The notes: generated by a model from the letters alone, not told the origin. 45,585 nucleotides of DNA from Octopus bimaculoides (GCF_001194135.2 NC_068986.1:44589613-44635197); one strand, 5' to 3'; shown: positions 23,326 to 36,904, numbered from the stretch's first letter. A program made the numbers and translations.

Positions 23326-23515
23326 CCCCACAAACTTCGGGTCTTATGCCTAGAGTAGAAAAAAAAAACTACACTTCAGATTATATGTATATATGTGTGT
23401 GTGTGTGTATCTCTCTCTATATATATAAGTGTGTGTGTGTGTATGTGTGTGTGTATGTGTGTGTGTGTGTGTGTATGTGTGTGTATGTGTGTGTGTATGT
23501 GTGTGTGTGTGTGTA

Positions 23516-23546
<31 letters not shown>

Positions 23547-23556
23547 NNNNNNNNNN

Positions 23557-23936
23557 TGGAGGCGCAATGGCTCAGTGGTTAGGGCAGCGGACTTGTGGTC
23601 ATAGGATTGCAGTTTCGATTCCCAGACCAGGCATTGTGAGTGTTTATTGAGTGAAAACACTTAAAGCTCCACGAGGGTCTGGCAGGGAGTGGTGGCGAAT
23701 CCTGCTGTACTCGTTCACCACAACTTACTCTCACTCTTTCTTAATGTTTCTATTGTACCTGTTTTTCAAAGGGCCATCTTTGTCACACTCTGTATCACGC
23801 CGAATCTCCTCAAGAACTACGTTAAGGGTACATGTGTCTGTGGAGTGCTCAGCCACTTGCACGTTAATTTCATGGGTGGGCTGTTCCGTTGATTGGATCA
23901 ACTGGAACCCTTGTCATCGTAACCGACAGAGTGCCA
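23557..23936 (+). mobile_element. SINE type B, full length
   Basis: A box TGGCTCAGTGG, B box GTTTCGATTCC; colinear with 950-1331. Confidence 0.88.
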
Positions 23937-24127
23937 TAGTCATTGAAGCCTTCCTAGTATTAATAGCTGTGAAAGTGTTAAAGTGTTGTGTTTAGTTATT
24001 GAGGATGCTGGTAGTATATATGTTCAATGCAACAGATTTGCCTTTCAGTTGCTTAAGCCTGTCACTTAGTGCTGACAATATGTGCATTGCTAATCATGAT
24101 CTGGAGTAGTTGAGGAGCATCATAGCC

Positions 24128-24990
24128 ATGCCTTAAATAGAAACAATTGCAAAGGTATTTAACTGCTGGACCAGGCATGAAAGTTACAGCCCAATTGATT
24201 AGGAAGAGAATTAGACTAGATGAGATATATTTTGGTTTCGTGACAGACAAGAAAACTACAAATGTTATCTTCTCAGTGAGACAGCTGAAGGAGAAGTATC
24301 TAGCCAAAGGTAATCCATTGTAACTGGCGTTTATTGACTAGGAGAAAGCCTTCAACAGAGTTCCTTACTCTGTTAACTGTTGGTCTCTAAGGAAGTTAGG
24401 AGTAGATGAATGGTTTGTTAGAGCCATACAAACCATATATCAGAGTGTTGTCAGTAGTGAGTAAGTCAGTTATGAGTATAGTAATCAATTTAGTGTACAA
24501 GTTCACCCAGACTCTGTTCTCCTCTCATTCATCATAGTCTTCCAAGCCATTACAGAGGAATTTAAGACGGGCTATCCATGGAAACTACTATATGGTGATA
24601 ATCTCACTCTTATAGTGGAATATGTAGCAGAACTGGAAAACTAATTACTGGTATGGAAGCAAAACTGAAATCAAATGGCCTTAAAGTCTATCTAGCTAAG
24701 ACCAAGATTGTAGTTAGCAAGAGAGTAAATAAGACTCTCTTTCTGTCAGGTAGGGGAGGTAATGGAAGGAATTCTATTTGATGCTCTTAGTACAAGCTAT
24801 TGACACATAAGAGGTGCAGTGGAATCACAAATAGGTTAATAGAATAAGTATCTTTGTATGTGACAGGTGCGCAAGAACAATAAGCACTAAAGACTTGTGA
24901 AAATTAGATTTTCTCAAGTGCCCAGGAGACTCTCAAGCGACTAAAGATAGTTTCAGTAACCAAGGTGACCAAATTAGCAGTTAAGACGGG
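24128..24990 (+). mobile_element. RTE-clade reverse-transcriptase fragment, decayed
   Basis: RQLKEKYLAK, FID*EKAFNRVP, RKLGVDEW, EEFKTGYPWKLLYGDNL (YADD equivalent). Confidence 0.8.
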
Positions 24991-25036
24991 TGATATAAAG
25001 ATATAGTCACTAGAATAGGAATAGGATGGATTAAAA

Positions 25037-25072
<36 letters not shown>

Positions 25073-25118
25073 TATATATAAATGCACACATGTATACACA
25101 CACACATACACATGTATA

Positions 25119-25173
<55 letters not shown>

Positions 25174-25409
25174 ATCTTTTGTTTAAAACAAAAACATTTT
25201 GCCTCCTTTGGAAACAAAATGACTTTTTTGCTATTATTTTAATAAAACATATCCATAAGCAGTATTATAAACATTAGTTACTTCAAATATTTTATTCTAC
25301 CATATTTTCCTGAACATGTAATACCAGGATCTATCTATATTTCCTTACAACCTATTCATAACAACAACATTTGTATCTTTAGGATTAAAAATAGTTGTCT
25401 CCTGCTCTT

Positions 25410-27220
25410 CAGGAATCACTGCTGAGATGCTTAAAATATCTGGCAGAGTGGGATATGGCTTAGTCACCCATGTAGTTAATCCAGTTGTCCATGATAGTCA
25501 TACACAATGACTGGTGTAGTAGCATTATAATCAACTGCTACAAAAGTAAAGGTGACACCTTAGACAGAAATAATTACGAAGGTATCAAATTGCTGGACCA
25601 AGTGATGAAAGTTACAGAAAGGGTCATAGTTCAATTAAGAAGAGAGTCAGCTTAGATGCAGTGCAGTTTGGTTTTGTGCCAGGTAAAAGCACTACTGATG
25701 CTATCTTCCTAGTGAGGCAACTGCAAGAGGAATACTTAGCCAAAAATAAACCTCTGTATTTTGCTTTTGTTAAATGGCGAAGGACTTTGTCAGAGAACCC
25801 TGTTCCCTTAGCTGGTAGGCAATGTGGAAATTAGGGATAGATGAGTGGTTGGTGAGAACTGTACAAGCCATATGTACAGGGATGCTGTCAGTAAGGTGAA
25901 AGTTAGCAATGGATATAACAAGGGATTTAGTGTACAGGTAGGAGTTCACCAAGGATTGGTTCTCAGCCCTCTCTTGTTTATCATAGTCCTTCAGGCCATA
26001 ACAGAGGAATTTAAGACAGGCTGTCCTTGGGAGCTCCTCTATGCTGATGATCTTATTCTTAATGCTGGAGCACTATCAGAACTAGAGAAGAAATTTCAGG
26101 TGTGGAAGCAAGGTCTGAAATCAAAGAGCATTAGAAATGAATTTAGCAAAGACCAAAGTCCTAGTAAGTAGAAAAAGAAACAAATCACAAATCCCTTCAA
26201 GGAGATGACTCTGCTCAATATATAGAAAAGGTATTGGTAGAAACTCCATATGATGTACCCAGTACAAGCTATGGATATATAAGAAGTGCAGCTGTATCAC
26301 AGGAAGGTTGACAGAGAAAGTAGTCTTTGTATATGACAGATTTGCAGATACATTAAACACTAGGAATGTACAGAAAACAGACTCTCTCAAATGTTCAAGA
26401 GGATCATTAGACATAATAGACTCTTTATGTAGGTAACCAATTTAGCAGTAGAGGAGGTAGTTCTGAAAGGTAGATTACATGATGCCTGTTTACGAACAGC
26501 ATGCTACATGGCAGTGAGACATGGGCTTTGAATACAGAGAACATGTGAAGGCTTGAAAGAAATGAAGCCAGCATGCTCCACTGGATGGGGAATGTCAGTA
26601 TACGTGTATGATAGTGTGATTTGAGAGACAAATTCGGGACACAAGGCATCAGATGTAGTGTGCAAGAGAGAAGACTGCACTGGTATGGTCATGTGATGTG
26701 CAAGGATGAGGACATCAAGAAGTGTCAATTTTTAATTGTGGGGGGAACATGTGGAAGGAGTTGACTCAAGATGAAGTGGTGAGAAAGGATCTTCAGATGT
26801 TGGACTTCACAGAGGAAATGACAAGTGGCCAAGACTTCTGGCAGTTCGCTGTGCTTGAGAAGACACATCAAGCTAGTAAAATCATGGCTGTCCATGCATA
26901 CAGGCATGTCCTCTACATCCCTCTCAGTCAAGAGATCTTAGTTTTGGGGCTTGTGGGTGTTGGTAAAAGCACGTAAAAGCAACTGTGGTGGAGCTACATA
27001 AAAGTGCCCATGTTGGTGCCATGTAAAAGTGCTGGTACTAGTGCCACATAAAATGCTTGTGTTGGTGCCACATAAAAGCGGATTACCACTGCCATGTAAA
27101 AGCATTGATGCCAGTGCCACATAAAAGTGCCTGTGCTGGTGTCATGTTTAAAGCACCCAGTCCACTCTGTAAAGTGATTGGCATTAGGAAGGACATCCAA
27201 CCATAGAAACCATGCCATAA
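25410..27220 (+). mobile_element. RTE-clade LINE, 5'-truncated: RT domain, C-terminus and repeat-containing 3' UTR
   Basis: GITAEMLK, QFGFVPGKSTTDAIFLVRQLQE, VGVHQGLVLSPLLFIIVL, CPWELLYADDL, RRLHWYGHV, AVLEKTHQAS; ~26-bp repeat array at 26965-27150. Confidence 0.92.
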
Positions 27221-28204
27221 CAGATTAAGGTGGTGTTATTGTCATAATGGATACTAAGTATTATCTCTATGTGTACTACTTTAAAAAAATGAGATACTGA
27301 ACACATTGAAGCCTTCCTAATATTAATAGCTGTGAAAGTGTTAAAGTGTTGGGTTTGGTTATTGAGGATGCTGGTAGTATATATGTTCAATGCAACAGAT
27401 TTGCTTTTCAGTTGCTTAAACCTGTCACTTAGTGCTGACAATGTGTGCTTTTTAGTTGCTTGAGTCTGTCACTTAGCACTGACAATATGTGCATTGCTAA
27501 TCCCGATCTGGAGTAGTTGGGGAGCATCACAGCCATGTGTTGAAAGGAATTCTATGAGATTTAAATAATTCACTTCTAGAAACATGGATGTTTTGTTCAT
27601 CACTCTTAAATAAACCTTATTCAGGAACCTTTTGATTGGGATGGGCTACTTGACCTGAAGAAAATTCTAACTGGTTATTTCCATTAACTGACCATTCTTA
27701 TTCATTCCAATGCTCCCTCTTCCTGACTATTTTTAATCTGTCTTCATTTAACCTTTTCCCAAATTGACTTCCTTTCTCCTGGCACAAAATCCTCTCTGAC
27801 CAACTAACTTGCTGCCATCTATTATTCTCCATTATGTCCAAGACTCTTGTAAATGAGGGAAAGAAAAACTTTTGGGCAAAGTAGAACCTTCCTTTTTTTC
27901 TCTGATAAAGAAGTGAAATGTCAAAAACTTCTCTTCTAAACTTAAGAAACTTTAAACTTTATATGATTTTTGTATATAAGTATGTATATCTAATATTTGT
28001 GTATATAATGCAGGATAGCTGCATTTATCCTCTATAGAAAGACACCTCTGCTTGTCCTTTTATCAAACATTAGCCTCTCAACGCCTAGTATAAAGCCACC
28101 TCCACCTCTCAAATACTCCTCCCCACTCTTAGCCAAAAGGTCTTTTTCCTGTTCTTGTCCTGTCTTGAAAGTTACTTAGCAACCTCACAGATACTGATGA
28201 TATA

Positions 28205-28392
28205 AAAAAAGCATCCTGTTTACACTGCAAAGTGGTTGGTGTTAGGAAGGGCATCAAGCTATAGAAATTATGCCAAAGCTGACAATGGAGCTTGATGTAG
28301 TCCTGGGGCTTACTGGATCTTGTCAAACCATCCAACCTTTGCCAACATGGAAAACAGATGTTAAATTATGATAATGATGATGATGATAATGA
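28205..28392 (+). mobile_element. RTE-type 3' tail, diverged
   Basis: GTGGTTGGTGTTAGGAAGGGCATC...GATGTTAAA(TGA)n. Confidence 0.7.
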
Positions 28393-28622
28393 TATGTGTT
28401 GAAATATTTCCTTTGGTTCGATTTGTTTTTAGGTACATTTTTTATTATTTTATTATGTATGTAAAAACACTAAAAGTGTTACTATGCATGTATGAGTATG
28501 CTGAAAGCCTGAAAGTTGTATAGAATTATTTCCCTTAACTACATTCATTTAATTCAGTTATTGATATGTATCATCCTGTATGTAAGACAAACCAGAAGTA
28601 AACAAATTAATGTAATACATAC

Positions 28623-28670
28623 ATTGAGCCAACTACAAGATGGTTCTGTTCCAGTAATAGCTTGGCCCGA
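28623..28670 (-). other. Candidate 48-nt symmetric micro-exon (unverified)
   Basis: Acceptor CTCCTTTGTCCTGTGATATTCCACAG and donor AAT|GTATGT; open frames RAKLLLEQNHLVVGS or SGQAITGTEPSCSWLN. Confidence 0.2.
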
Positions 28671-29403
28671 CTGTGGAATATCACAGGACAAAGGAGATAT
28701 AATTGATATTTTTAGTAATTTGTACAGTATATAAATATTCTTTGGTTATCATGATATGAATTTGGTGTATGAGATGTTTTGGCAGCCATTTTGGTGCTGT
28801 CTGGTGTCACTGATTTGACACTGGCTTATTTCACATAACGTCTTTTAATGTTTCTCTCCTTCTCCCCCCCCCCTCTCTCTCTCTCTCTCTGTGTTTATGT
28901 GTGTGAGTGACTAGTTATGTTTGTATGGTTTTCTGTCATATCTTCTGTCTGGGTGGCTGTTCACAGTCTGATCTAATTTTCTGTCTATTTCTAGGTCTGC
29001 CTCCTCTGGAAGCTCCACCTAACATCATCAATTCAATGCATAGTCCTCTATTTATACTGAGCATCAGTATAAATAGTTTCTTCTCTTCCATTTGTCAATG
29101 TTCATAGCACACATCACTTTTTTTTAAAAATTCACCAATGCTAAGCTTCTCTAAGCAAACTATAAATTTTCTTTCTTTACTGAATAATACTCATCTCAAA
29201 TCTTTTACATTCATTGATAATGTTCCAATACTATACAGAATCATACTTTTACATAAGCTTCATATTATGAATATATGGAAAGATACATTGTTTGCTGTTA
29301 ATATTTTTAGACTCCAGGTCAGCCCTGATCGAGCTGACTTATGCTCAGGAGCACTATAACTTGACCACCCCATCTTTTATTCAGACTCTGTATCTAGGAC
29401 TAT

Positions 29404-29620
29404 AGTGGTTTCCAGTTTTGGCACAAGGCCCGCAATTTTGGGGGAAGGGGCAAGTTGATTGCATCAACCCTCCATGCTCAATTGGTGCTTATTTTATCAA
29501 CCCTGAAAAGATGAAAGGTGAAGTTGACCTCAGCAGAATTTGAACTTAGAATGAGAAGATGAATGAAATGCCACTAAGCATTTTGTCCAGGATGCTAATG
29601 ATTCTGTCAGCTCACTGCCT
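29404..29620 (-). mobile_element. SINE type C
   Basis: Colinear with 11756-11955. Confidence 0.8.
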
Positions 29621-29871
29621 AAAATCGAGGACTATATTAATCAATGTTATTTTTTTAAATGTAAGTAGGGTATGATTTGAGGAAGATTTGGCTACTATCT
29701 TGATCAGTTCAAGTGATCTGCATAGTCAGGCAATGCAAATTTGCTAGACATCTTTTATCTTTTGAACTTTATTTCCTATGATAGTACTAATCTATCATAG
29801 GTTTGTACTGTCATAAGTTAATGCTATCAATGAGTAATTATGATGTTTATATAACACTACTACTATTCAGT

Positions 29872-30193
29872 GAAGGTGCGTGGCTTAGTGATTACAGTAT
29901 TTGACTCACAATTGTAAGGTCATAAGTTCGATTCCTGGTGGTGTGTTGTGTCCTTGAATAAGACACTTTATTTCACATTGCTGCAGTTCACTTAGCTGGC
30001 AAAAACGAATACTACCTGTATTTCAAAGGACCAGCCTTGTCACATTCTGTGTCATGCTAAATCTCCTTGAGAACTACGTTAAGGGTACACGTGTCTGTGG
30101 AATACTCAGCCACTTGCATGTTAATTTCATGAGCAGGCTGATCTGTTGATCAGATTAACTGGAACCTTCATTGTTGTAACTGACAGACTGCCA
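29872..30193 (+). mobile_element. SINE type D
   Basis: B box AAGTTCGATTCC, CORE-like segment, tail shared with type B. Confidence 0.8.
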
Positions 30194-30243
30194 GTATTAC
30201 TACTGTTCAGAAACAGCAGCTTATGGTGTTTGTTGTGGTAGGC

Positions 30244-30605
30244 AGCTCTTTTATTCTTTTACTGATTTCATTCAATGGCCTGTAGCCATACTGGGTCAGT
30301 GCCTTCAGGGCTTTTATTTGATATTGACTGTAATGTTTGTTTCACTCTGGTACAAATTTTTTTGGTTGAACGGCCAAATTACTGGACATAAAAGAACATA
30401 AATATAAAGACTACAATTTTGTGAAAATATAAGGACAAACATAAAAATGGGCTTCTGCATAGTTTCAATCAGCTAAATTCTATGTTATTGACCAATTTGA
30501 TCAATCTCAGGCTAAAGAAAACACTTGCTAAAGATATCACAGGGTGGGACTGAACCCATAATGACCTAGCTGTGAAGTGAACTTCTTAACCATACAACTG
30601 TGACT
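30244..30605 (-). mobile_element. SINE type A, highly diverged
   Basis: Remnant head (GTGGGACTGAACCC) and tail. Confidence 0.5.
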
Positions 30606-30619
30606 TTACTTATTTTTAG

Positions 30620-31362
30620 GTTCAGGCATGGCTGTGTGGTGTGAAGTTTGCTTCCCAACTACATGTTTCAGGGTTCAATCACACTGCTTGGGTAAGTGTT
30701 TTTGATAATAGCCTAGGGCTAACTAATGTTTTGTGAGTGGATTTGGCAAACAGAAAGTGAAAGAAGCTCATTGTATGTGTATTAATATTTAGCAGAAGCA
30801 AGGTAATGAGCTGGTAGAGTCGTTAACATGCCAGATAAAATGCTTAGCAGTGTTTCATCAGTCATTATGTACTGATTTCAAATTGCCCTGAGGTTGACTT
30901 TGCCTTTCATCCCTTTCGGGGTCAATAAAATAAGCACCAGTAGAGCACTGGGGTTAGTGTAATTGAAACCCTCGCTCTTGAAATCGCTGCCCTTGTGCAA
31001 TAGGGTGACTATTTTTCCTGTTTGTATCACCAAACCTATATATTTATATATATATATGTATGTATATATATGTGCATGCGTGTGTGCATGTGTGTGTATA
31101 TATATATATATGCACACACACGCACACACACACATGCATACACACGCATACATATAAATTATGTGTGTAAGTGTGTCCCTTTGTGTTTTTGTGTTTGTCC
31201 CCTGCCACCACTACTTGACAAGAAGTGTTGGTTTGTTAGAGATTTGGCAAAAGAGATTAATAGAATAAGTGTCAGGCTCTACTGGTGTTGATATGTTCAA
31301 CCAAAACCTTTCAAGGTAGTGCTCTAGCATGGCCACAATCCAATGACTGAAACAAGTAAAAA
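30620..31362 (+). mobile_element. SINE type A with a type C SINE (30795-31010) nested in its internal microsatellite
   Basis: Head at 30620-30780; tail at 31170-31362; type C body in between. Confidence 0.7.
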
Positions 31363-31704
31363 ATTAATTATAAAGAACTTTTGAGAAAGATATATTTTTT
31401 CCCATTTGACGGTTTCTTTGAGAAGTCATTTAAAACCAGGATGATATTATACCAACAAGTATTGTATAGTTATAGGAAGACCTAGTTCTTGGCTTGAACT
31501 GCATAGATTCATAGAATAAAAACTAACCCCTTTATTTGCAGTTTATTTTGTATCATAAGGGAAATCATAATATTCAGATAGTCTCCAAAGTTGTGTTTTA
31601 AAGTTACTTAGTGTATCAGACAAAAAAGAATTATTAACAAAAGTGGAACTATGTCAGAGTGAAATTCAATGTCTTGCTTATCAAATTGTTGAAAATATTT
31701 GACT

Positions 31705-31892
31705 TCAATTCAGTAGATTGGCAGAATCATTAAACCACTGGATAAAATGCCTTGTGTTTTAGTTTTTGGCCCTTTACATTATGATTTCAAATTCCATCAA
31801 AGAGGATTTGCCTTTCATACTTCCTAGGTCGATAAGTACAAGTCAAGGGATTAATATAATGGACTATTCATTGCTCCCAAATTTCAGACCAT
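31705..31892 (+). mobile_element. SINE type C, highly diverged
   Basis: TTGGCAGAATCATTAA...TTTGCCTTTCATACTTCCTAGGTCGATAA. Confidence 0.5.
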
Positions 31893-31894
31893 AT

Positions 31895-33131
31895 ATTAGG
31901 TCAGAAAGAAAGTCCTGTTGCATTTCAAGATCAAGATGGGAAAGAAACAAATGCTTGTTTGGTCTTAACTGATACATTTAATCAAAATCATCTATTTGGA
32001 AAATTGTTGATCTCTCAAGTGTAGGATTCTTTATGCTTTGAAACAAAGAAACAATATCATTTTTAACCTCTTCCCAGCTAATAAACTACTTTTCCTCTAA
32101 ATAATGTTGCAATGATCTGAAACGGATGGTTGTTTGATGGAGTAAGTTCAGGAGAAGAAGGAGGATACAGCAAAATCTCCATATTTAGTGCCATAATCTT
32201 TCACTGAGTGACTTTTCCTTAGTGTGGTCTTGCATTATTATGTAAGAGAAATTTCCCTTTTACGATTGACCAATAATGGGTGTTTTTATTGCAAGTTTTT
32301 GTGAAATGCTTACAACTGATAACAATACTTCTCTGCATTAATTATTTCATTTTGGTTTAGCACTTCATGATAAACAAAACTTCATGTCCCACCAGTCATA
32401 GGGCATAACTTTTTCAGGTATAGTTCTAGTTTGGAGATGGATTCTTCCTTTTCATTGGATGCTAACCATTGTTGTTTTGTTGAGTCAGATTATAGAGAAA
32501 CCACTTTTCCTCATATGTAATGATTCCAGGAAAGGTTTGGCAGAGGGCAACTCTTTGATAAAGCTGAAGAGCAGTTAAAAGATGAGAAACCCAGTGACCA
32601 AGTTAGATACATTTCCTTGTTCATGAAGGTATTTTATGATCAGAATGTGTGTTGAACTAAACTGCATTGCTAATTCTTCCGCATTTTGCTTTGAATATTA
32701 CTCAGTTTTCAGAAACTCAATATTGACAGAACTTGCTCATCTAGATCAAGGGGAATATGCCAGAAAAAAAATTTCTTAAGCGAAATTAAGCAAACCATCT
32801 TTGGCTTATATTAACACTTAAAGCTCCATTTTCATAGATGGAATGAATATTTCTTGCCACTTTCATTGGTGAAGAACTCCTTTGGAATTCATACAACACG
32901 AATCTGTTCTCAACTCATTTTAAAAGAGTAAAATCAATATGAAATTAACCACAGTGATATAAAGTTATCTGAAATGAAAGAGAAGGCATTATAATGTAAA
33001 AAATAATGCTTATTTTACCTTCAAAGCAATCATGTCAAAAATACCTATATTAGAAACAATAAATTTTATTGAAGAGATAAGTAGTATACATCATATTAAA
33101 GGAAACATTTTAGGTTCATTGGCAGACCCAA
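31895..33131 (-). mobile_element. Mariner (DD34D) element, ~1.24 kb, decayed transposase
   Basis: ATG at about 32918; IITYEEKWFLYN, LHNNARPH, LLYPPSSPELTPSN; degenerate TIRs TATTAGGTCAG / TATTGGGTCTG. Confidence 0.8.
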
Positions 33132-33403
33132 TAATTAACTGAGCTATCTTATCTGTCATTTTCTCTTTTCTCACTCTGGCATGGTATAGATCGATAAAAT
33201 ATATAACATACCAGATGAGTTATTTTGAGGCCCTAGTAATTACTTCAATAATCCTTTATGGTTGTTCACCTTCTTCCACCACTGATTCTGCTATACAAAG
33301 GGAATAAAATTAGATTTTAAACACAAACAATAAGCAACTGCGTATTTATTTGCTATGAGATTTTTACTCCTTGTGATCATGTTGCAACAAGTTTTCTGAT
33401 GAA

Positions 33404-33660
<257 letters not shown>

Positions 33661-34399
33661 CAGTGACTGACAAAAGCAGTATATCCAATTTATATTCAAC
33701 TTAACATGGTTGTCTTAAGATATTTACATGAAGATGAGATATTACTTGCACAGGCATTTGTTGATCATCCATATAGGAAATTTGTGACTGATCTTTGAAA
33801 ATGTGTTTATAGACTGAGGGAAAATAGTGATTACACCTTTAATATAATCTAGTCTATCCTTGCTTTCACACCTGCTTACAAGCATGGTAGCAGTAGAAAG
33901 AAATAATGTGGTCATCTTTGCTTATTTGAAAAGATTTTAATATCATTGCATAACAAGAACAACTTGGATTCCAGAAATGATATTCTCAGTTTGCATGTAT
34001 TGAAATATTTCTTATCTAATTTTCAAAAGACAGAGCCTCTACAGAAAACTTTTCAGTGAGAAATTTCCATTTGTGTTTTGTTTTCTGTTTAACACTTTCT
34101 TTTCTATGTTCCATTTCAGACTGTGTTGCATTATAGACTCAACTACGATTAAATGTCTGTGCATATATGTGATTCTTCTTGGGTTAAGGTAGTGTTTCCC
34201 AATTGCATCATAGGCATCTTTCACAGTGTCTGCTTTTCTCAAATATCACTGATCTGGTGTTTAAATAGAGGTGCTGTTTGTAAAGCTTTTGAGCTCTCAT
34301 CTATTCTGCTTTGAACAGGTCCTACTTACTATGGTCTTCCTATTTCATATATTCTGAAATTTTTCCAGATTTTTTTTCATTTAAAGCCTTTTCTTTAAA

Positions 34400-35200
34400 T
34401 TTCCAGTTGTAGTTAACCAATTTTGTAGTTTTCTTTTAATGTGCATAAAGGGGAATATATAATTCTAAAATATTTGTTTGAATTTTTATTCTTCACATCC
34501 CTGTAATGGTTATATGCTTCTGCTAGCCTGGTTTTTATGAAAGTAATCTCTGTCTTATAAATTATTGTTTCTATGTTGCAGGATTTGTCAAGTTTGTATG
34601 TATTAGGGTTTCTGATTAAGCATATACCTTCAGTTTTGTTAACGGATGTATGTGATATAACATTTTTCTTGTTTTTAGTGCAACTATACTTAATTTTAAA
34701 GTTATGTCTGTTAAAAAGTTTTCTATCAATAGTCAAAAAGAAAGTATTTTCCTATTACACCCCCACCTTGATTCAGTACAAAATCTAATATAGCAAAAGA
34801 CAGACATTGGGAAGCACTTCTCTCCTGACTATTGATAAAGAAAACTTATTATATAGCAAACCTAATGAAAAATCTCACATGTAGTGTAATTTACAATCCT
34901 GCTATTCTCCCATAGTTTTCAAGTCTGGTGGATTAATATCATTAGAAGAATCTTTCACATGTCACTGAATAAAAATGAAAGATTAACATTCAATAATGCA
35001 GTTCTATTATGATAAATGTAGCAGATTCAAGAATAAGATCATGTGTATCTCCAGCCCCTTGTCATCCAGTAGAAAAGATACCATAATATTTTCTGATTCA
35101 TATCTATCTTCTAATTCAACTAAAAACTTTCTAGCTCTCATAAATAAATGTTCCTACATCAGCCACTGATATAGAAAATTGTTCAATAGAAATAAAGTGA
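34400..35200 (-). mobile_element. Penelope-like element fragment (decayed RT end plus GIY-YIG endonuclease)
   Basis: GKYFL..IDRKLFNRHNFKIKYSCTKN..VISH...C.IETIIYKTEI...LAEAYNHY resembles KIFNRNTVKISYSCMPN...IVYKA...RY.NH; the RT part (34860-35200) is weak. Confidence 0.6.
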
Positions 35201-35249
35201 AACTGAGTGATAGCTGTATAATTTAATGTCAAGTAAACCAACTAAATTA

Positions 35250-36060
35250 ACCATGGTTAACTACTTGTGCAGATATAAAAATGTATACCCCCTTAATCAA
35301 TCATACAATGCTGAAGCAATTATCAATGAGGCAGAAGTTACTTCCACTGAGCTAACCCTAAACATCATATGTAAACACTGTGTAGGTATGGTAGAAGGTA
35401 AATTCAAACAATGATATTACAACCATACTCAGTGGTTAGAGTGTTGAGCTTACAATCGTGAGGTTGTGAGTTCTATTCCTGGACTGGGCTGCATGTTGTG
35501 TTCTTGAGCAAGACACTTTATTTCACTCCAGTTAACTTAGCTGTAGAAATGAGTTGTGACGTCACTGGCGCCAAGCTGTATCAGCCTTTGCCTTTCCCTT
35601 GGATAACATCAGTGGTGTGGAGAGGGGAGACTGGTACACATGGGCAACTGCTGGCCTTCCACAAACAATCTTGCCCGGACTTGTGCCTCGGAGGGTAACT
35701 TTCTAGGTGCAATCCCATGGTCATTCATGACCCAAGGGGGTCTCCTCCTTCTTTCCTCAAAAATATAGACAAGAGGAATGCTGCAATTCTTTTTTCTATA
35801 TTTCTGTCTGGCATTTGAAAGAATACACGACTGCATTTGACAAACAGTGAAAGATCTTTGAAAGATGTAGCACATACAAGAATGATATAAAAAGTAGTGG
35901 AACATATATAATTTATCATCTGAACATACCATGTTCAGATGCAATAACAGAAACTGTGGAAAAGATAACAATTCATGTATGTAGTTGTATATGAGGTGTT
36001 TTTATCTTCTGAGGATTATCAACAATTTCCTGATACAGAACTTTGTGGAAATGAACTTTG
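35250..36060 (+). pseudogene. Decayed RTE-like RT fragment interrupted by a SINE
   Basis: ILF.LYFCLAFERIH resembles LFIDFSKAFDSIH; weak elsewhere. Confidence 0.35.
35424..35744 (+). mobile_element. SINE type E (same tRNA head and CORE-like segment as type D, different tail)
   Basis: GTTGTGTTCTTGAGCAAGACACTTTATTTCAC, then a tail ending GGTCATTCATGACCCAAGGGGGTC. Confidence 0.75.
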
Positions 36061-36174
36061 TGGAAATGAACTTTGGGTGGCAATCCCTAAAGGACTATGT
36101 TATTAAATGTATTTCACTTTACTTGAGTACTCTGATTTTGTTCATGCAAACAGCTATAACTCATGATATATACA

Positions 36175-36196
36175 TGTGTGTGTGTGTGTGTGTGTG

Positions 36197-36275
<79 letters not shown>

Positions 36276-36288
36276 TGTGTGTGTGTGC

Positions 36289-36322
<34 letters not shown>
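36175..36322. repeat. (TG)n plus (TAG)n microsatellite
   Basis: Direct inspection. Confidence 0.95.
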
Positions 36323-36904
36323 CTTTAAAGGTATGTAAAGCGCCTATTTAAAGTTTGCTCAATTATTTATAGTCAAAGCCTCAAAAGAAGCAATTGATCT
36401 GATAAAGATTAAAAACAAATGCTCTATTGCATTGAACTTCATTATTCTCTTGCTTTTTAGACAAACTGTTATCTATTGACACTAAACTGCAATTCTGCAA
36501 AACAGACTTTAAAAAAGGTTTTAATGCTCAGTCAAAGAGGAAGAACAGAGTTCATAACCTTTTTGCAGGATTTCTGACACTGATGGGGAAGGGAGGAAAA
36601 AATCATGACTTAGGGGTTGTGCAGAAGGAAATAGCAAGTCAAAATACTGAGTTAGTATTGGACTGGAGACTTAGTCCAAATGCTTGAAACAGTGAACACA
36701 ATGGTTAGGTGAGCAGCCACACAGTTACTGAAGAATTACTGAAGATCTTTAATTTCTGAATTAGAATTTTAAAATTATGTCCACATTTACTATAATATTT
36801 TTAAACACAGTTTTAAATATGATTGAATTATATTTTTATGTCATCATAAAAATTTCAAATAAAATTAACAATTTTATTCTAACAAGTAGTAGGTAGTTAT
36901 TTTT

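Larger units (their letters stand above)
23941..27537. repeat. Direct duplication 23941-24130 vs 27304-27537 (second copy has a ~42-bp internal tandem duplication and continues to about 27680)
   Basis: About 90-95% identity by eye, much higher than between typical old repeat copies in this window. Confidence 0.85.

Noticed and set aside
26965-27150. CRISPR-like repeat/spacer appearance of the GTGCCACATAAAAG array
   Set aside because: Degenerate minisatellite in a eukaryotic LINE 3' UTR; spacers are related to each other; no cas genes
33212-33290. Strong minus-strand acceptor/donor pair
   Set aside because: Stops in all three frames; at most a UTR exon or pseudo-exon
36570-36710. Plus-strand acceptor ...TTTTTGCAG and donor TAG|GTGAGC
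   Set aside because: No frame stays open across it
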